From Acidobacteriota bacterium (lineage in GTDB: Bacteria; Acidobacteriota; Terriglobia; Bryobacterales; Bryobacteraceae): a stretch of DNA of 32,000 nt. This document shows, in pieces, positions 7,179 through 15,986 of this stretch (the first letter of the stretch is position 1; the number at the start of each line of letters is the position of its first letter). The notes below the pieces were generated by a model. The model did not search any database. It saw only the letters and a list, made by a program, of their open reading frames with translations, and was not told the DNA's origin. The DNA is taken from contig JAFKEE010000018.1 in NCBI GenBank assembly GCA_017307505.1, forward strand, positions 90,737 through 122,736, given 5' to 3'. The position numbers were made by a program, and so were the translations under genes.

Positions 7179-8066
7179 CTACTGGAGAAACTCCACAATC
7201 CGGCGGCAGACGAGATCCGCCTGCGCTACGTGCAGGTCGTGCCCGGCCCCGGGAATCACCTCGGAGGTCATCATTGGAGCCACACGCCGCATCCGCCGCA
7301 CCGCCTTCTCCGCCGGATAGATCGTCTCGTGTTCTCCCACCAGGAAGAGCGTCGGCACCTTCAGGCCGAGCCACTCTGCATCCTTCACCACCGGAGGAAT
7401 CGGGGTCTTCCTGGGCTGCATGAAGTTCATGTTGTAGAACAGTTCCGCCTTCGTCTCCTGCATCCAGTTCGGATCCACCCGGGCCGCGTCGGCGAACATC
7501 CAGTCCGCCAGTTTGGGCAGGTACCTCCGGCTGGAGACCAGGACCAGCACCATCCGCACCGCGAACTCCACATTCAGCCGGTAGACCGTCGCGCCCGGGG
7601 CCAGCAGCACCGCCTTCCTGACGCGGTCCGGGTGACGCAATGCATACTGTGCCGTCAGTGCGCCGCCATAGGACAGCCCCATCAGGTTGAGCTTGTATCG
7701 CAGGTCCAGCCCGGTCACCAGTTCATCCAGCCAGAGGAGCAGATCGTCCAGGCTCTGAAACGGCTGGCGGCAGGTGCTGCGGCCGAGTTCGCCAACCTGG
7801 TCCACGGCATACGTCCGCAGTCCTTGCGAGAGCGCCTGGATGTCCCTGGTCCACATCAGTGAGGTCGCCCCCGCGCCAGGGAGCAGCAGCAAGGGCGGCG
7901 CCTCCGCCGGGCCGTTGATCCTCACAAAGGTGGAGCCATGCGTGGTAGGCACCATCCGGGTCTCAGACGGAATGGGCCATTGCTTCGCGGCAACTGCATT
8001 GTAATGGGCCAGGTACTCTTCCTTCATCGCCTCGGATCGATAAGGGTAGTAGTCGGGGACGTTCAT
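7179..8066 (-). CDS. alpha/beta-fold hydrolase
   Basis: The ATG at 8066 is preceded by GGGAGAGAAGAG. Nucleophile elbow GLSYGG, oxyanion region LLLLPGAGAT, and a C-terminal His context (PGAGHDLH). The 40-codon upstream extension to 8186 is Arg-rich and unlikely to be coding. Confidence 0.8.
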   Translation of the reverse strand: MNVPDYYPYRSEAMKEEYLAHYNAVAAKQWPIPSETRMVPTTHGSTFVRINGPAEAPPLLLLPGAGATSLMWTRDIQALSQGLRTYAVDQVGELGRSTCRQPFQSLDDLLLWLDELVTGLDLRYKLNLMGLSYGGALTAQYALRHPDRVRKAVLLAPGATVYRLNVEFAVRMVLVLVSSRRYLPKLADWMFADAARVDPNWMQETKAELFYNMNFMQPRKTPIPPVVKDAEWLGLKVPTLFLVGEHETIYPAEKAVRRMRRVAPMMTSEVIPGAGHDLHVAQADLVCRRIVEFLQ

Positions 8067-8314
8067 CTCTTCTCTCCCGGATCCACGGCGCCGGCAGCGA
8101 ATGCGCTCCTCGCCGGTCCCGGAAGAAGTCGCCGCCGGCTCATACTGACGCCTCGCGTCGAATCCGAACCCATCAGGAAAGTACACACAACTCAGCAGGC
8201 CGCAGGCGCGCCCGGCCGGGACCAGGCGGAGACAATCGCTCCTGGGCGCTCTTCAACGTCAGGCTTTTAGACGCTGGAGCATGGGCGAAGTTCCGCCGAT
8301 CTGCGCTTGCCCGG

Positions 8315-8350
8315 CCCAAAACAGAAGACCCCGCCCGGAGGGCAGGGTCT
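8315..8350 (-). terminator. Rho-independent terminator downstream of shc
   Basis: On the minus-strand RNA, AGACCCUGCCC-UCC-GGGCGGGGUCU forms 11 bp including one G.U, followed by UCUGUUUUGGG. On the plus strand the same position is a C.A mismatch, which favours minus-strand function. It lies 35 nt after the shc stop. Confidence 0.5.
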
Positions 8351-8384
8351 CGCGCGAAACGAAGCGGGCCGGATTCTGGCTCCT

Positions 8385-10379
8385 CTACATGGTCAGCAGG
8401 CGTTTCGTCACCGCCGATTGCCCCGACAGCGCCTTCCGCGCCAGGCTCAGGGCCAGCACCGGGAAGTAGTTCCGATACAGGGTGTATTGCAGGTAGAACA
8501 CGTTGGGGAACCCTGTGCCCGTGGCCAGGTTCTCATCCCAGGTGCCGTCGGCCTTCTGCGTCTGGATGAGATACTCCAGACCCTTCCGCACCTGCTCGAA
8601 GTGGCCCTCGCCCGCCGCAAGCAGCCCGATGACCGCCCAGGCGGTCTGCGACGGGGTGCTGGGCGCGGCCACGAAGTGATCTTCCACGTAGCTCGCACAA
8701 CTCTCGCCCCAGCCGCCATCGGCGTTTTGGACTGCGGCCAGCCAGCGAGCGGCTTTCTTGATCGCGTCTCCGGTGCCCTCGGCCTGGGCGTTGCGCAGGC
8801 CGCGAATCGCCAGGAACGCGCCGTAAATGTAGTCGACGCCCCAACGTCCGTACCAACTGCCGTTCCGCTCCTGCGTCTTCAGCAGGTACTCCACGCCGCG
8901 GTGGATCGCCGGATTGTCGCAGCTGTACCCGCGACGGGTCAGCGCTTCCAGCACGCGGCCCGTAATGTCCGGGCACGTCGGATCCAGCATCGCGTTGTGA
9001 TCGGCAAAGGGAACCCGGTTCAGCAATTGCCAGTCGTTGTCGACGTCAAATGCCGCCCAACCCCCATCGCGCGACTGCATGCCGAACAGCCAGTTCACCG
9101 CACGCCGCGTGCAGCGTTCCTGCGCCTCGGGGTCGGAACCTCGCGCGTGCATCAGCGCCAGCAGCACCATCGCCGTATCGTCGATGTCTGGATACTGTTC
9201 GTTGGCGAACTCAAAGGCCCACCCGGATGGCTCCAGGTCCGGCCGCTTGACGGACCAGTCGCCCTTGCGCCGGACTTCGCGCGCAATCAGCCAGTCGGCC
9301 GCCTTGCTCATGCGCTCCGGCGGTGCCTCGCCCATTTCGCCCAGCGCGAACGTGGCGATGGCCGTATCCCACACCGGCGAGAAACAGGGCTGGAAATAGA
9401 ACTGGCTACCGCGCTGTGTCATCAGCGCGTCAAACTGTGCCAGCGCGTCTTTGAGGTCCGGATGGTCGCTGGGGTAACCCAGCGCATCCAGGGCCATGAT
9501 CAGGTACATCATCGACGGATAGATCGCGCCCAGGCCATCGCAATACCGCGTATGGTCCAGCATCCACTTCTCCGCCGCGCGGATTGCCGCGTTCTTGACC
9601 TTTGTGTTGCCCCGGTCCTGCCAGATCTTCAGGCCGCGGTCGATGCCCGAAAACAACAGCGACAGCTTGTCCTTGCGCGGCAGTTTGTAGCTCTTGCCCG
9701 GCGCTTCCAGTTCCACCAGGTCGAAACCCGGGGGCACCGGCCGCGTACCGCCACGCGCCTGCACGATCGACAGCGGCACCACGATGGCCCGCGTCCACGA
9801 CGACATCTCGTACAGCACGCCGCCCGGCAGCAGCACGAGTTCAGGTGGGATCGTGGGCACATGCTGACGCGGGAACAGCCCGAACAGGCTCAGGTTGATC
9901 TTGACGTAACTGTTGGCGCTTTGGATGCCGCCCAACCGCAGGATGCAGTTGCGCGCGTTCACCATCGCCTCGCTCTCCGCGGCGACTCCGGCCAACTTCA
10001 ATGCTGTATATGCCTTGACGCTTGCGCTGACGTCGGCCGGGCCGCTGGGGTAGATGTTGAACCCGCCATTGGGCAGCTGGCGTTCCAGGATCGATTGGGC
10101 CGCTTTGGAGATCGTCTCCCGGTTGGGCGGATTCCAGCCGTTCTCATCCGGAGGATGCAGCCACAATTGCAGAAGAATATAGTCAGATTCCAGAGTTGTG
10201 TCGGCCAGCAGATCGCCGCACCAATAGCCCTCCGGCTTCTGCAGGTCGAGCAAAGCACCTTGCGCGTGCAGCAGAGCCGTGGTGCACGCCTCAGCCAGCG
10301 CCGGCCGGTGCGCTGAGATCGTCGCAAGCGACTTGCGGCCAGCGCGCCGGCTTACACTTTCAAACCAGGCGGATTCCAT
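8385..10379 (-). CDS. shc: squalene-hopene cyclase
   Basis: 664 aa with the catalytic DxDDTA motif (YPDIDDTAMVLLAL) and repeated QW motifs (e.g. QNADGGWGE, QKADGTWDE, QSRDGGWAAF). Confidence 0.95.
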   Translation of the reverse strand: MESAWFESVSRRAGRKSLATISAHRPALAEACTTALLHAQGALLDLQKPEGYWCGDLLADTTLESDYILLQLWLHPPDENGWNPPNRETISKAAQSILERQLPNGGFNIYPSGPADVSASVKAYTALKLAGVAAESEAMVNARNCILRLGGIQSANSYVKINLSLFGLFPRQHVPTIPPELVLLPGGVLYEMSSWTRAIVVPLSIVQARGGTRPVPPGFDLVELEAPGKSYKLPRKDKLSLLFSGIDRGLKIWQDRGNTKVKNAAIRAAEKWMLDHTRYCDGLGAIYPSMMYLIMALDALGYPSDHPDLKDALAQFDALMTQRGSQFYFQPCFSPVWDTAIATFALGEMGEAPPERMSKAADWLIAREVRRKGDWSVKRPDLEPSGWAFEFANEQYPDIDDTAMVLLALMHARGSDPEAQERCTRRAVNWLFGMQSRDGGWAAFDVDNDWQLLNRVPFADHNAMLDPTCPDITGRVLEALTRRGYSCDNPAIHRGVEYLLKTQERNGSWYGRWGVDYIYGAFLAIRGLRNAQAEGTGDAIKKAARWLAAVQNADGGWGESCASYVEDHFVAAPSTPSQTAWAVIGLLAAGEGHFEQVRKGLEYLIQTQKADGTWDENLATGTGFPNVFYLQYTLYRNYFPVLALSLARKALSGQSAVTKRLLTM

Positions 10380-10567
10380 TCGAGCGGTTCTCCACGTTAC
10401 CAGATCTCTTTCTATTTTCTTAAATTACAGGGCTTCGGAACAACAGGATTGCTGATAATTCACCGCCTGCCGCGTAAACTCCTCATTTGGGTGAGAATCG
10501 GTTTAGAATCAGGCGCTTGTGCACTACAGGCTGGTCTCCAGCCGCGATCCTGCTATCCTGAGAGGAG

Positions 10568-11356
10568 GTGTCTTCCCCGCTCAACATACATCTGGAGCAC
10601 TACGACGGGCCCATGGACCTGCTGCTGGACCTCATCCGCAGGCAGCAGATCAATATCTACGACATCCCCATCGCGAAGATTACACAGCAGTATCTTGACT
10701 ACGTGCAGAAGGCTGCCGCCCTGGATATCGAGCTCAGCGCCGAGTTCGTCTATATGGCCGCCACGCTCATCCACATCAAGTCGAAAATGCTGCTGCCGCG
10801 GGATCCGGAGCTCGACAAGATCGATCCGCAGGAAGACCCCCGTAAAGAACTGGTCGACCGCCTGCTGGAGTACGAGCGCTTCCGCTCCGCCGCCGCCATG
10901 TTGCAGGAAAAGCGCATGATCGAGGAAGCCATCTGGTCGAATCCGCAGATCCAGAACTTCGTCAATGAGGACGAAGGTCCGGGCCTGGCGGTGACACTGT
11001 TCGACCTGGTGAAGACCTTTGAGCAGGTGCTCGAGCGGGCCAAGCACCGGCCGCTTTATGAAGTAAACAAAGAGGAAGTGTCGGTGCCCGACATGATCCT
11101 CTTCCTCAAGAACAGCTTGCGGATGCTGCCTTCCGGCAAGACCATGGCGCTGGTGCCGCTTTTTGAGCAGCAGCGCTCGCGCCGCGCTATGATCTGTCTG
11201 TTCCTGGCCGTGCTGGAGATGGTGAAGCAGCAGGCGATCAAGCTCACGCAGTCTGAGAGCTTCGGCGAGATTCACGTCAAGCGCGACACGGGCTTCGATG
11301 AGATGCAGGTGACGGAAGAGTCGATCCTGCGCATCGAAGAAGAATACAAGAGTTAA
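10568..11356 (+). CDS. scpA: segregation and condensation protein A (kleisin)
   Basis: LEHYDGPMDLLLDLIRRQQINIYDIPIAKITQQYLDYV is the typical ScpA N-terminus. GTG start directly after AGGAGG, so the exact start is uncertain. scpB follows after 5 nt. Confidence 0.88.
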   Translation: MSSPLNIHLEHYDGPMDLLLDLIRRQQINIYDIPIAKITQQYLDYVQKAAALDIELSAEFVYMAATLIHIKSKMLLPRDPELDKIDPQEDPRKELVDRLLEYERFRSAAAMLQEKRMIEEAIWSNPQIQNFVNEDEGPGLAVTLFDLVKTFEQVLERAKHRPLYEVNKEEVSVPDMILFLKNSLRMLPSGKTMALVPLFEQQRSRRAMICLFLAVLEMVKQQAIKLTQSESFGEIHVKRDTGFDEMQVTEESILRIEEEYKS

Positions 11357-11361
11357 GCCCC

Positions 11362-12258
11362 ATGGAAGAGAAAGACCTCCCCTCCGCCGAGCTGGCGGAA
11401 CAGCAGCAGGAGCCTGCACAACAACCCGAACCGGAGCCTGAGACCGCGGCCGCCGAGCCGGAAGAGGTTGAGGCCGAGATCCAGCCGGGGGACGAGTTTG
11501 AGCCCGTCGCTCAGTCCGACGACGATCAACCGGTGCCCGAAAGCATTTCGGCTGAACAACTTCTGGGCGATCAGCAGCAGCCCCAGCCGGCCTCCGACAG
11601 CCAGGCAGCCGAGCTCAAGGCCGTGCTGGAAGCGATCGTTTACGTCCTGAATGAGCCAATGCCGGCCGCCCAGATTGCTGCCGCGCTCGACCGCCCATTG
11701 GAAGAAGTCGAGCCGGTTCTTCGACTTCTGGCTGAAGAAACGAGCCGCGCCGAACGCGGTATCTTCATCCGCGAGGTAGCCGGCGGCTACCAGATGGCCA
11801 CCAAGCCCGAGCACCACGAAGTTCTTCGTAGCTTCGTGAAGAACCTGAAGCAGCCCCTGAAGCTGTCGCAGGCCGCCCTGGAGACCCTGGCCGTTATCGC
11901 CTACAAGCAGCCGATCACGATGCCCGAGATCCTCGAGATCCGCGGCGTTCAGGGCGGCGGGGTCATCAAGACCTTGCTCGACCGCAAGATCATTACGACC
12001 GCCGGCCGCAAGAACGTCATCGGGAAGCCGATTCTTTACAAGACCACCAAGGAATTCCTGACGCAGTTTGGACTCAAGGATTTGAATGAGTTACCGAGCC
12101 TGAAGGAGTTCGAGGACATCCGCCGGCAGTCGCTGGCCGACGAGGAAATCGGAAATCCCGATCAGCCCAGTCTGCCTGAGCAACCGGTCGAACCCGAGCC
12201 GCCCGTAGCCGAGAAACCCGAAGGCGAAGAAGAGGCGCCTCAGACAGAAAATGGCTGA
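11362..12258 (+). CDS. scpB: segregation and condensation protein B with long acidic N- and C-terminal extensions
   Basis: The core LKAVLEAIVYVLNEPMPAAQIAAAL...GGYQMATKPE...LSQAALETLAVIAYKQPITMPEILEIRGV matches the ScpB tandem winged helices. It is flanked by about 85 aa (N-terminal) and about 45 aa (C-terminal) of E/P/Q-rich sequence. Confidence 0.85.
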   Translation: MEEKDLPSAELAEQQQEPAQQPEPEPETAAAEPEEVEAEIQPGDEFEPVAQSDDDQPVPESISAEQLLGDQQQPQPASDSQAAELKAVLEAIVYVLNEPMPAAQIAAALDRPLEEVEPVLRLLAEETSRAERGIFIREVAGGYQMATKPEHHEVLRSFVKNLKQPLKLSQAALETLAVIAYKQPITMPEILEIRGVQGGGVIKTLLDRKIITTAGRKNVIGKPILYKTTKEFLTQFGLKDLNELPSLKEFEDIRRQSLADEEIGNPDQPSLPEQPVEPEPPVAEKPEGEEEAPQTENG

Positions 12259-12979
12259 AGAACGTCTTCAGAAGATCCTGGCGCAGGCAGGGATTGCCAG
12301 CCGCCGCAAAGCCGAGCAGATTATCGTCGAAGGCCGTGTCACGGTTAACGGCAAGACCATCATAGAGTTAGGCTCCAAAGCCGACCTCGAAAAAGATCAC
12401 ATCAAAGTCGATGGAACGCTGCTGCGCAAGCCGAAGCACGACGTCTACATTGCTTTGAACAAGCCGCGCGAAGTGGTCACTACACTCAGCGATCCGGAAG
12501 GCCGCCGTACCGTCAAGCACCTGCTAAAGGGTGTCAAGGAAAGGGTTTTTCCGGTTGGAAGGCTCGACTACCTGAGCGAAGGATTGTTGCTGCTGACGAC
12601 GGACGGCGAGTTCGCCAACAAGCTGACGTCGCCCGCAAGCCACGTCGAGAAGATCTATCTTGTGAAAACAAACGGGATCCTCTCGGCCGAACAGGAAGAG
12701 CAGTTCCGCAACGGCATCCCGATCCACGGGCGCCGCACGGCTCCAGCCAAGCTGAAGATGATCAAGCACAACGTAAATCCGTGGTACGAAGTGCGGCTCA
12801 CCGAAGGCCGGCAGAACCAGATCCGCATTATGTTCAAGAGCTTAGGCCGGCTGGTGGAGAAGCTGAAGCGCGTCCAGATCGGATTCCTGAAACTGGGCTC
12901 GATCAAACCTGGCGAATACCGGCACCTCGATCACGATGAGGTGGAGCGTTTCCGCAAGGTCCTGCATCTCAACGACTGA
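12251..12979 (+). CDS. rluB: 23S rRNA pseudouridine synthase, RsuA/RluB family (S4 domain plus catalytic domain)
   Basis: S4 domain: RLQKILAQAGIASRRKAEQIIVEGRVTVNGK. Catalytic Asp context: VFPVGRLDYLSEGLLLLTTDGE. It overlaps the scpB end by 8 bp. Confidence 0.85.
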   Translation: MAEERLQKILAQAGIASRRKAEQIIVEGRVTVNGKTIIELGSKADLEKDHIKVDGTLLRKPKHDVYIALNKPREVVTTLSDPEGRRTVKHLLKGVKERVFPVGRLDYLSEGLLLLTTDGEFANKLTSPASHVEKIYLVKTNGILSAEQEEQFRNGIPIHGRRTAPAKLKMIKHNVNPWYEVRLTEGRQNQIRIMFKSLGRLVEKLKRVQIGFLKLGSIKPGEYRHLDHDEVERFRKVLHLND

Positions 12980-12980
12980 C

Positions 12981-13388
12981 TTGCCACCCGAACTGGAAAT
13001 ACTCAAGACCTGTAAGACGATCGCCGTTGTCGGATTATCGTCGAACAAGTTCCGGCCGAGCTACGAAGTCGCGGCCTACATGCAAAAGGCCGGGTATCGG
13101 ATTATTCCTATCAATCCGAACGAGACAGAGGTTCTCGGCGAGAAGGCGTATCCGATACTTGACGGAATCAAGGAAGTAGTTGACTTAGTCAACATTTTTC
13201 GGCGTTCAGAAGCCGTGCCGGAAGCCGTCGATGCCGCCATCAGAATCGGCGCGAAAGCCGTCTGGATGCAGCTTGGCGTGATGCATGAAGAGGCAGCCCA
13301 AAAAGCCAGAGACGCCGGGCTCCTGGTTGTACAGGATCGTTGTCTCCTGATTGAGCACCGCCGATTCCGGATCGAACTGGAAAGTTAG
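12981..13388 (+). CDS. CoA-binding domain protein (YccU/YneT-like)
   Basis: KTIAVVGLSSNKFRPSYEVAAYMQKAGYRIIPINP...VDLVNIFRRSE...GAKAVWMQLGV. The start is ambiguous: TTG at 12981 just after the rluB stop, or ATG at 12936 overlapping rluB. Confidence 0.75.
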   Translation: MPPELEILKTCKTIAVVGLSSNKFRPSYEVAAYMQKAGYRIIPINPNETEVLGEKAYPILDGIKEVVDLVNIFRRSEAVPEAVDAAIRIGAKAVWMQLGVMHEEAAQKARDAGLLVVQDRCLLIEHRRFRIELES

Positions 13389-13888
13389 AACGGGATGTCG
13401 TCGTCGATCCCCGCGTTCCACGCCGACTCCGAGTCAGCCGGTTCGCTGCCCGGGTTCTTGCGTTCGCGGACGAAGTTGATGTCGGCCCACTTGCGAGCTG
13501 GGTCGGTCTTCTTCTGAATCCGGATCTCACGGTCGATCATTTCGTTCATGCGTTCCTGCACTTCCGACAAGCGGGTGAGGTGCAGGCCGAGCCGCTCCAG
13601 GTCCTGCTTCAGAAACGGCACCGTCTTCTGCGTAATCACCCGCATCTTGGTGACGCAGCGGCCCTGGTTTGACGGGCCGAGAATCCGCAGGCGCCACACC
13701 AGCATGGGATTACCTGTTGTCTGCGTGCGGCTGAGCGTGGCGTCTTCCACCCGGGCGTCATAGTAGCCGTCGGGGACTTCGTCGTAGTTGGTTCGGGCGG
13801 CGGGCTCCGTTCTCTCGGAGCGGCCATAGGCGGAGTCGAACTGTCGCAGGTCCACCGGCCTGGTGTCTGAATTGGATCTTGGATTCAC
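13385..13888 (-). CDS. hypothetical protein ending in the SSB C-terminal tip motif DDDIPF (possible DUF669-like phage-type ssDNA-binding protein)
   Basis: 167 aa with a GTG start at 13888 (start uncertain). The core VPDGYYDARVEDATLSRTQTTGNPMLVWRLRILGP...RCV resembles my recollection of DUF669. The acidic tail is ...SEPADSESAWNAGIDDDIPF. Confidence 0.6.
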   Translation of the reverse strand: MNPRSNSDTRPVDLRQFDSAYGRSERTEPAARTNYDEVPDGYYDARVEDATLSRTQTTGNPMLVWRLRILGPSNQGRCVTKMRVITQKTVPFLKQDLERLGLHLTRLSEVQERMNEMIDREIRIQKKTDPARKWADINFVRERKNPGSEPADSESAWNAGIDDDIPF

Positions 13889-13922
13889 GGTTTCTACCGG
13901 CCTCGCAACCTAGTAGTGGACC

Positions 13923-13951
13923 TTCAGAGCCAAAGTTCTCGTTGATATAAT
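13923..13951 (+). promoter_or_regulatory. sigma70-like promoter candidate for the sugar isomerase gene
   Basis: TTCAGA (13923-13928), 17-bp spacer, perfect TATAAT (13946-13951). The ATG at 13970 is only 18 nt downstream and there is no SD, so the leader is very short. Confidence 0.35.
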
Positions 13952-13969
13952 ACGCGCGGGTACCCTCAT

Positions 13970-15166
13970 ATGCCGCTCTCCTCCGCGCAGACCGACCTTG
14001 CTTTCAAGGCCCTAGACTCCTTTGCCATCGAACTGCCCTCGTGGGGCTTCGCCAACACGGGCACTCGCTTCGGCAAGTTCATCCAGCCTGGGGCGGCCAC
14101 GAGCACGGCCGAGAAGATCGCCGATGCGGGCATCGTGCATCAGGTGACCGGGTGCTGCCCGAGTGTGGCGGTGCACGTCCTGTGGGATTTTCCGAACGGC
14201 AAGGCCGATGTTCCGGCCGTGATGAAAGTTGCGGCGGAGCATGGCGTCCGGATTGGCGCGATCAATCCGAACGTGTTCCAGGACCAGTGCTACAAGAACG
14301 GTTCGCTGGGCAACCCCGACCCCGAGGTGCGCAAGACGGCGTTGTCACACATCCTGGATTCGGTGGAGATCCAGAACGCGAGCGGGTCGCGCGACCTCTC
14401 GCTGTGGTTCGCGGATGGCACGAATTTTCCCGGCACGGGCTCGATCCGCGCGCGCAAGGACTGGTTCACAGAGGGCCTGAAGACCGTGCATTCCGCGCTG
14501 AGCGGCGACCAGCGCATGCTGGTGGAGTATAAGCCCTTTGAGCCCGCTTTCTATCACACAGACATCGCCGACTGGGGCATGTCGTACATCCTGTCGAAGC
14601 ACTGCGGACCGCGCGCCAAGGTGCTGGTGGATACGGGCCACCACTACCAGGCCGTCAACATCGAACAGATCGCGGCCTGGCTGTTGAGCGAGGACATGCT
14701 GGGCGGGTTCCACTTCAACGACCGGCGCTATGCAGACGATGACCTCACGCTGGGCTCGATCGATCCGTACCAGGTATTCCGGATCTTCTACGAGATCTGC
14801 TTCTACACCTGGGAACGCGGTGCGGCGCCGGATCTGGCTTACATGGTGGACCAGAGCCACAACCTGAAGAACAAGATTGAAGAGACGATCCAGACGGCGT
14901 GTACGGCGCAGGAACTGTTCCTGAAGGCGGCCCTGATCGACTTCGGCAAACTGGCGGCGCACCAACAGAAGGCTGACCTCATTGACTCGGAAGAATGCCT
15001 GCGCGAGGCGTTCTTCACCGACGTGCGGCCGGTGCTGCGCGAGTGGCGGAAGTCGAAGGGGCTGGCCGAGAATCCGATGGAAGCATTCCGGGCCAGCGGG
15101 TACCTGGAGCGGGCCGAGAAGGAACGCGGCCCACGCAACATGGGCGCGATCTCGAGCTACGCCTGA
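13970..15166 (+). CDS. L-rhamnose isomerase, Pseudomonas stutzeri type (xylose-isomerase-like TIM barrel)
   Basis: Collinear with that family by recollection: LPSWGF.NTGTRF, LWFADGTNFPG, EYKPFEPAFYHTDIADWG, VDTGHH, LGGFHFNDRRYADDDL, MVDQSHN, and C-terminal FRASGY. Confidence 0.8.
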   Translation: MPLSSAQTDLAFKALDSFAIELPSWGFANTGTRFGKFIQPGAATSTAEKIADAGIVHQVTGCCPSVAVHVLWDFPNGKADVPAVMKVAAEHGVRIGAINPNVFQDQCYKNGSLGNPDPEVRKTALSHILDSVEIQNASGSRDLSLWFADGTNFPGTGSIRARKDWFTEGLKTVHSALSGDQRMLVEYKPFEPAFYHTDIADWGMSYILSKHCGPRAKVLVDTGHHYQAVNIEQIAAWLLSEDMLGGFHFNDRRYADDDLTLGSIDPYQVFRIFYEICFYTWERGAAPDLAYMVDQSHNLKNKIEETIQTACTAQELFLKAALIDFGKLAAHQQKADLIDSEECLREAFFTDVRPVLREWRKSKGLAENPMEAFRASGYLERAEKERGPRNMGAISSYA

Positions 15167-15193
15167 TCCGGGCACTCAATTTGATCTGGATTG

Positions 15194-15237
15194 GACCCAC
15201 GACGCTGCCGACGCGGCGGCGTGGGTCTTTCTGACTT
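15194..15237 (+). terminator. candidate Rho-independent terminator after the isomerase gene
   Basis: GACCCACGACGC (15194-15205) pairs with GCGGCGTGGGTC (15216-15227): 12 bp with one A.G mismatch and a 10-nt loop. It is followed by TTTCTGACTT. Confidence 0.4.
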
Positions 15238-15252
15238 CGCTGTACCGCGGTT

Positions 15253-15447
15253 TCAGACGATGGATTTGATGATCTTGGCCGGGAGCATGAAGATGGCTCC
15301 CACGAAGGCGAAGACGCCCGTCAATACGATGCCGACCAGGCGGAAGGGCAGCATGAGGACCCAGATGATTGGATAGACAACCAGGGCGATCAGCGCCAGC
15401 GGCCAGCACAGTACGGCGAGAATACAGAAGAGCAGGAACTTGATCAT
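15253..15447 (-). CDS. small two-helix membrane protein (hypothetical)
   Basis: 64 aa, almost entirely hydrophobic (MIKFLLFCILAVLCWPLALIALVVYPIIWVLMLPF...), with GC3-rich codons. Confidence 0.5.
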   Translation of the reverse strand: MIKFLLFCILAVLCWPLALIALVVYPIIWVLMLPFRLVGIVLTGVFAFVGAIFMLPAKIIKSIV

Positions 15448-15592
15448 TTCCGTGTCACTCCCTCACAGCTAATGTTACGAGGGCGAAGCCGGCGTTGTTC
15501 CGTCGATCGGGCGCGCTCTGGCCAAACGATGGGCCGGCTGCGGATGCACTCCTGGTGGTGTACGGCATTGGATATACTGCTGGTCGATTGCC

Positions 15593-15982
15593 ATGAATTC
15601 GCCTACCCTCCCCACTTCCGAATACGACACGGTGGAACTGCGTACAGGCCGGCTGCACAAGATCCGCAGATCGGAGGCTCGGACCCTCGGCGAGGAAGAC
15701 CGGATGGTCCAGGTGGTGAAGTGCTACTGCCGCACCCATGATGTGGTGACGGCGGCGGACGCCGAGCAGCAGCGGCGGCCCACGTTCGTCTTCCCGATCA
15801 TGTTCTTCGCGAACCTGGTGGGCCTGATCGGGAAGGAACTGGAAGGGCGCATCTACTCGGATTCAGTGAGGCGGCGCGTGATGTTCTACCTCGATCTCAA
15901 GGAACATGCCGGCTTTCAACTGGAGGAGGGCGACCGGGATCTGCACAGTCCGTGGTACGACGACAGCGTGCTGAAAGAGTAG
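15593..15982 (+). CDS. hypothetical protein
   Basis: 129-aa ORF with GC3-rich codon usage typical of the window. One hydrophobic stretch (FVFPIMFFANLVGLIG). No family recognised. Confidence 0.45.
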   Translation: MNSPTLPTSEYDTVELRTGRLHKIRRSEARTLGEEDRMVQVVKCYCRTHDVVTAADAEQQRRPTFVFPIMFFANLVGLIGKELEGRIYSDSVRRRVMFYLDLKEHAGFQLEEGDRDLHSPWYDDSVLKE

Positions 15983-15986
15983 GGTC

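Noticed and set aside
8067-8186. 40-codon N-terminal extension of the alpha/beta hydrolase ORF
   Set aside because: The Arg-rich sequence is improbable, and the internal ATG at 8066 has a strong GGGAGAG ribosome-binding site.
8307-10316. 669-aa ORF on the plus strand
   Set aside because: It is fully antisense to the well-supported squalene-hopene cyclase gene. The translation is Arg/Pro/Gln-rich with no recognisable motifs. This is the usual long shadow ORF of GC-rich DNA.
10380-10567. Promoter elements in the shc / scpA divergent region (GATAAT at 10453, TAGAAT at 10504)
   Set aside because: The -10-like hexamers lack acceptable -35 partners at 16-18 bp spacing, so I could not support a specific promoter call.
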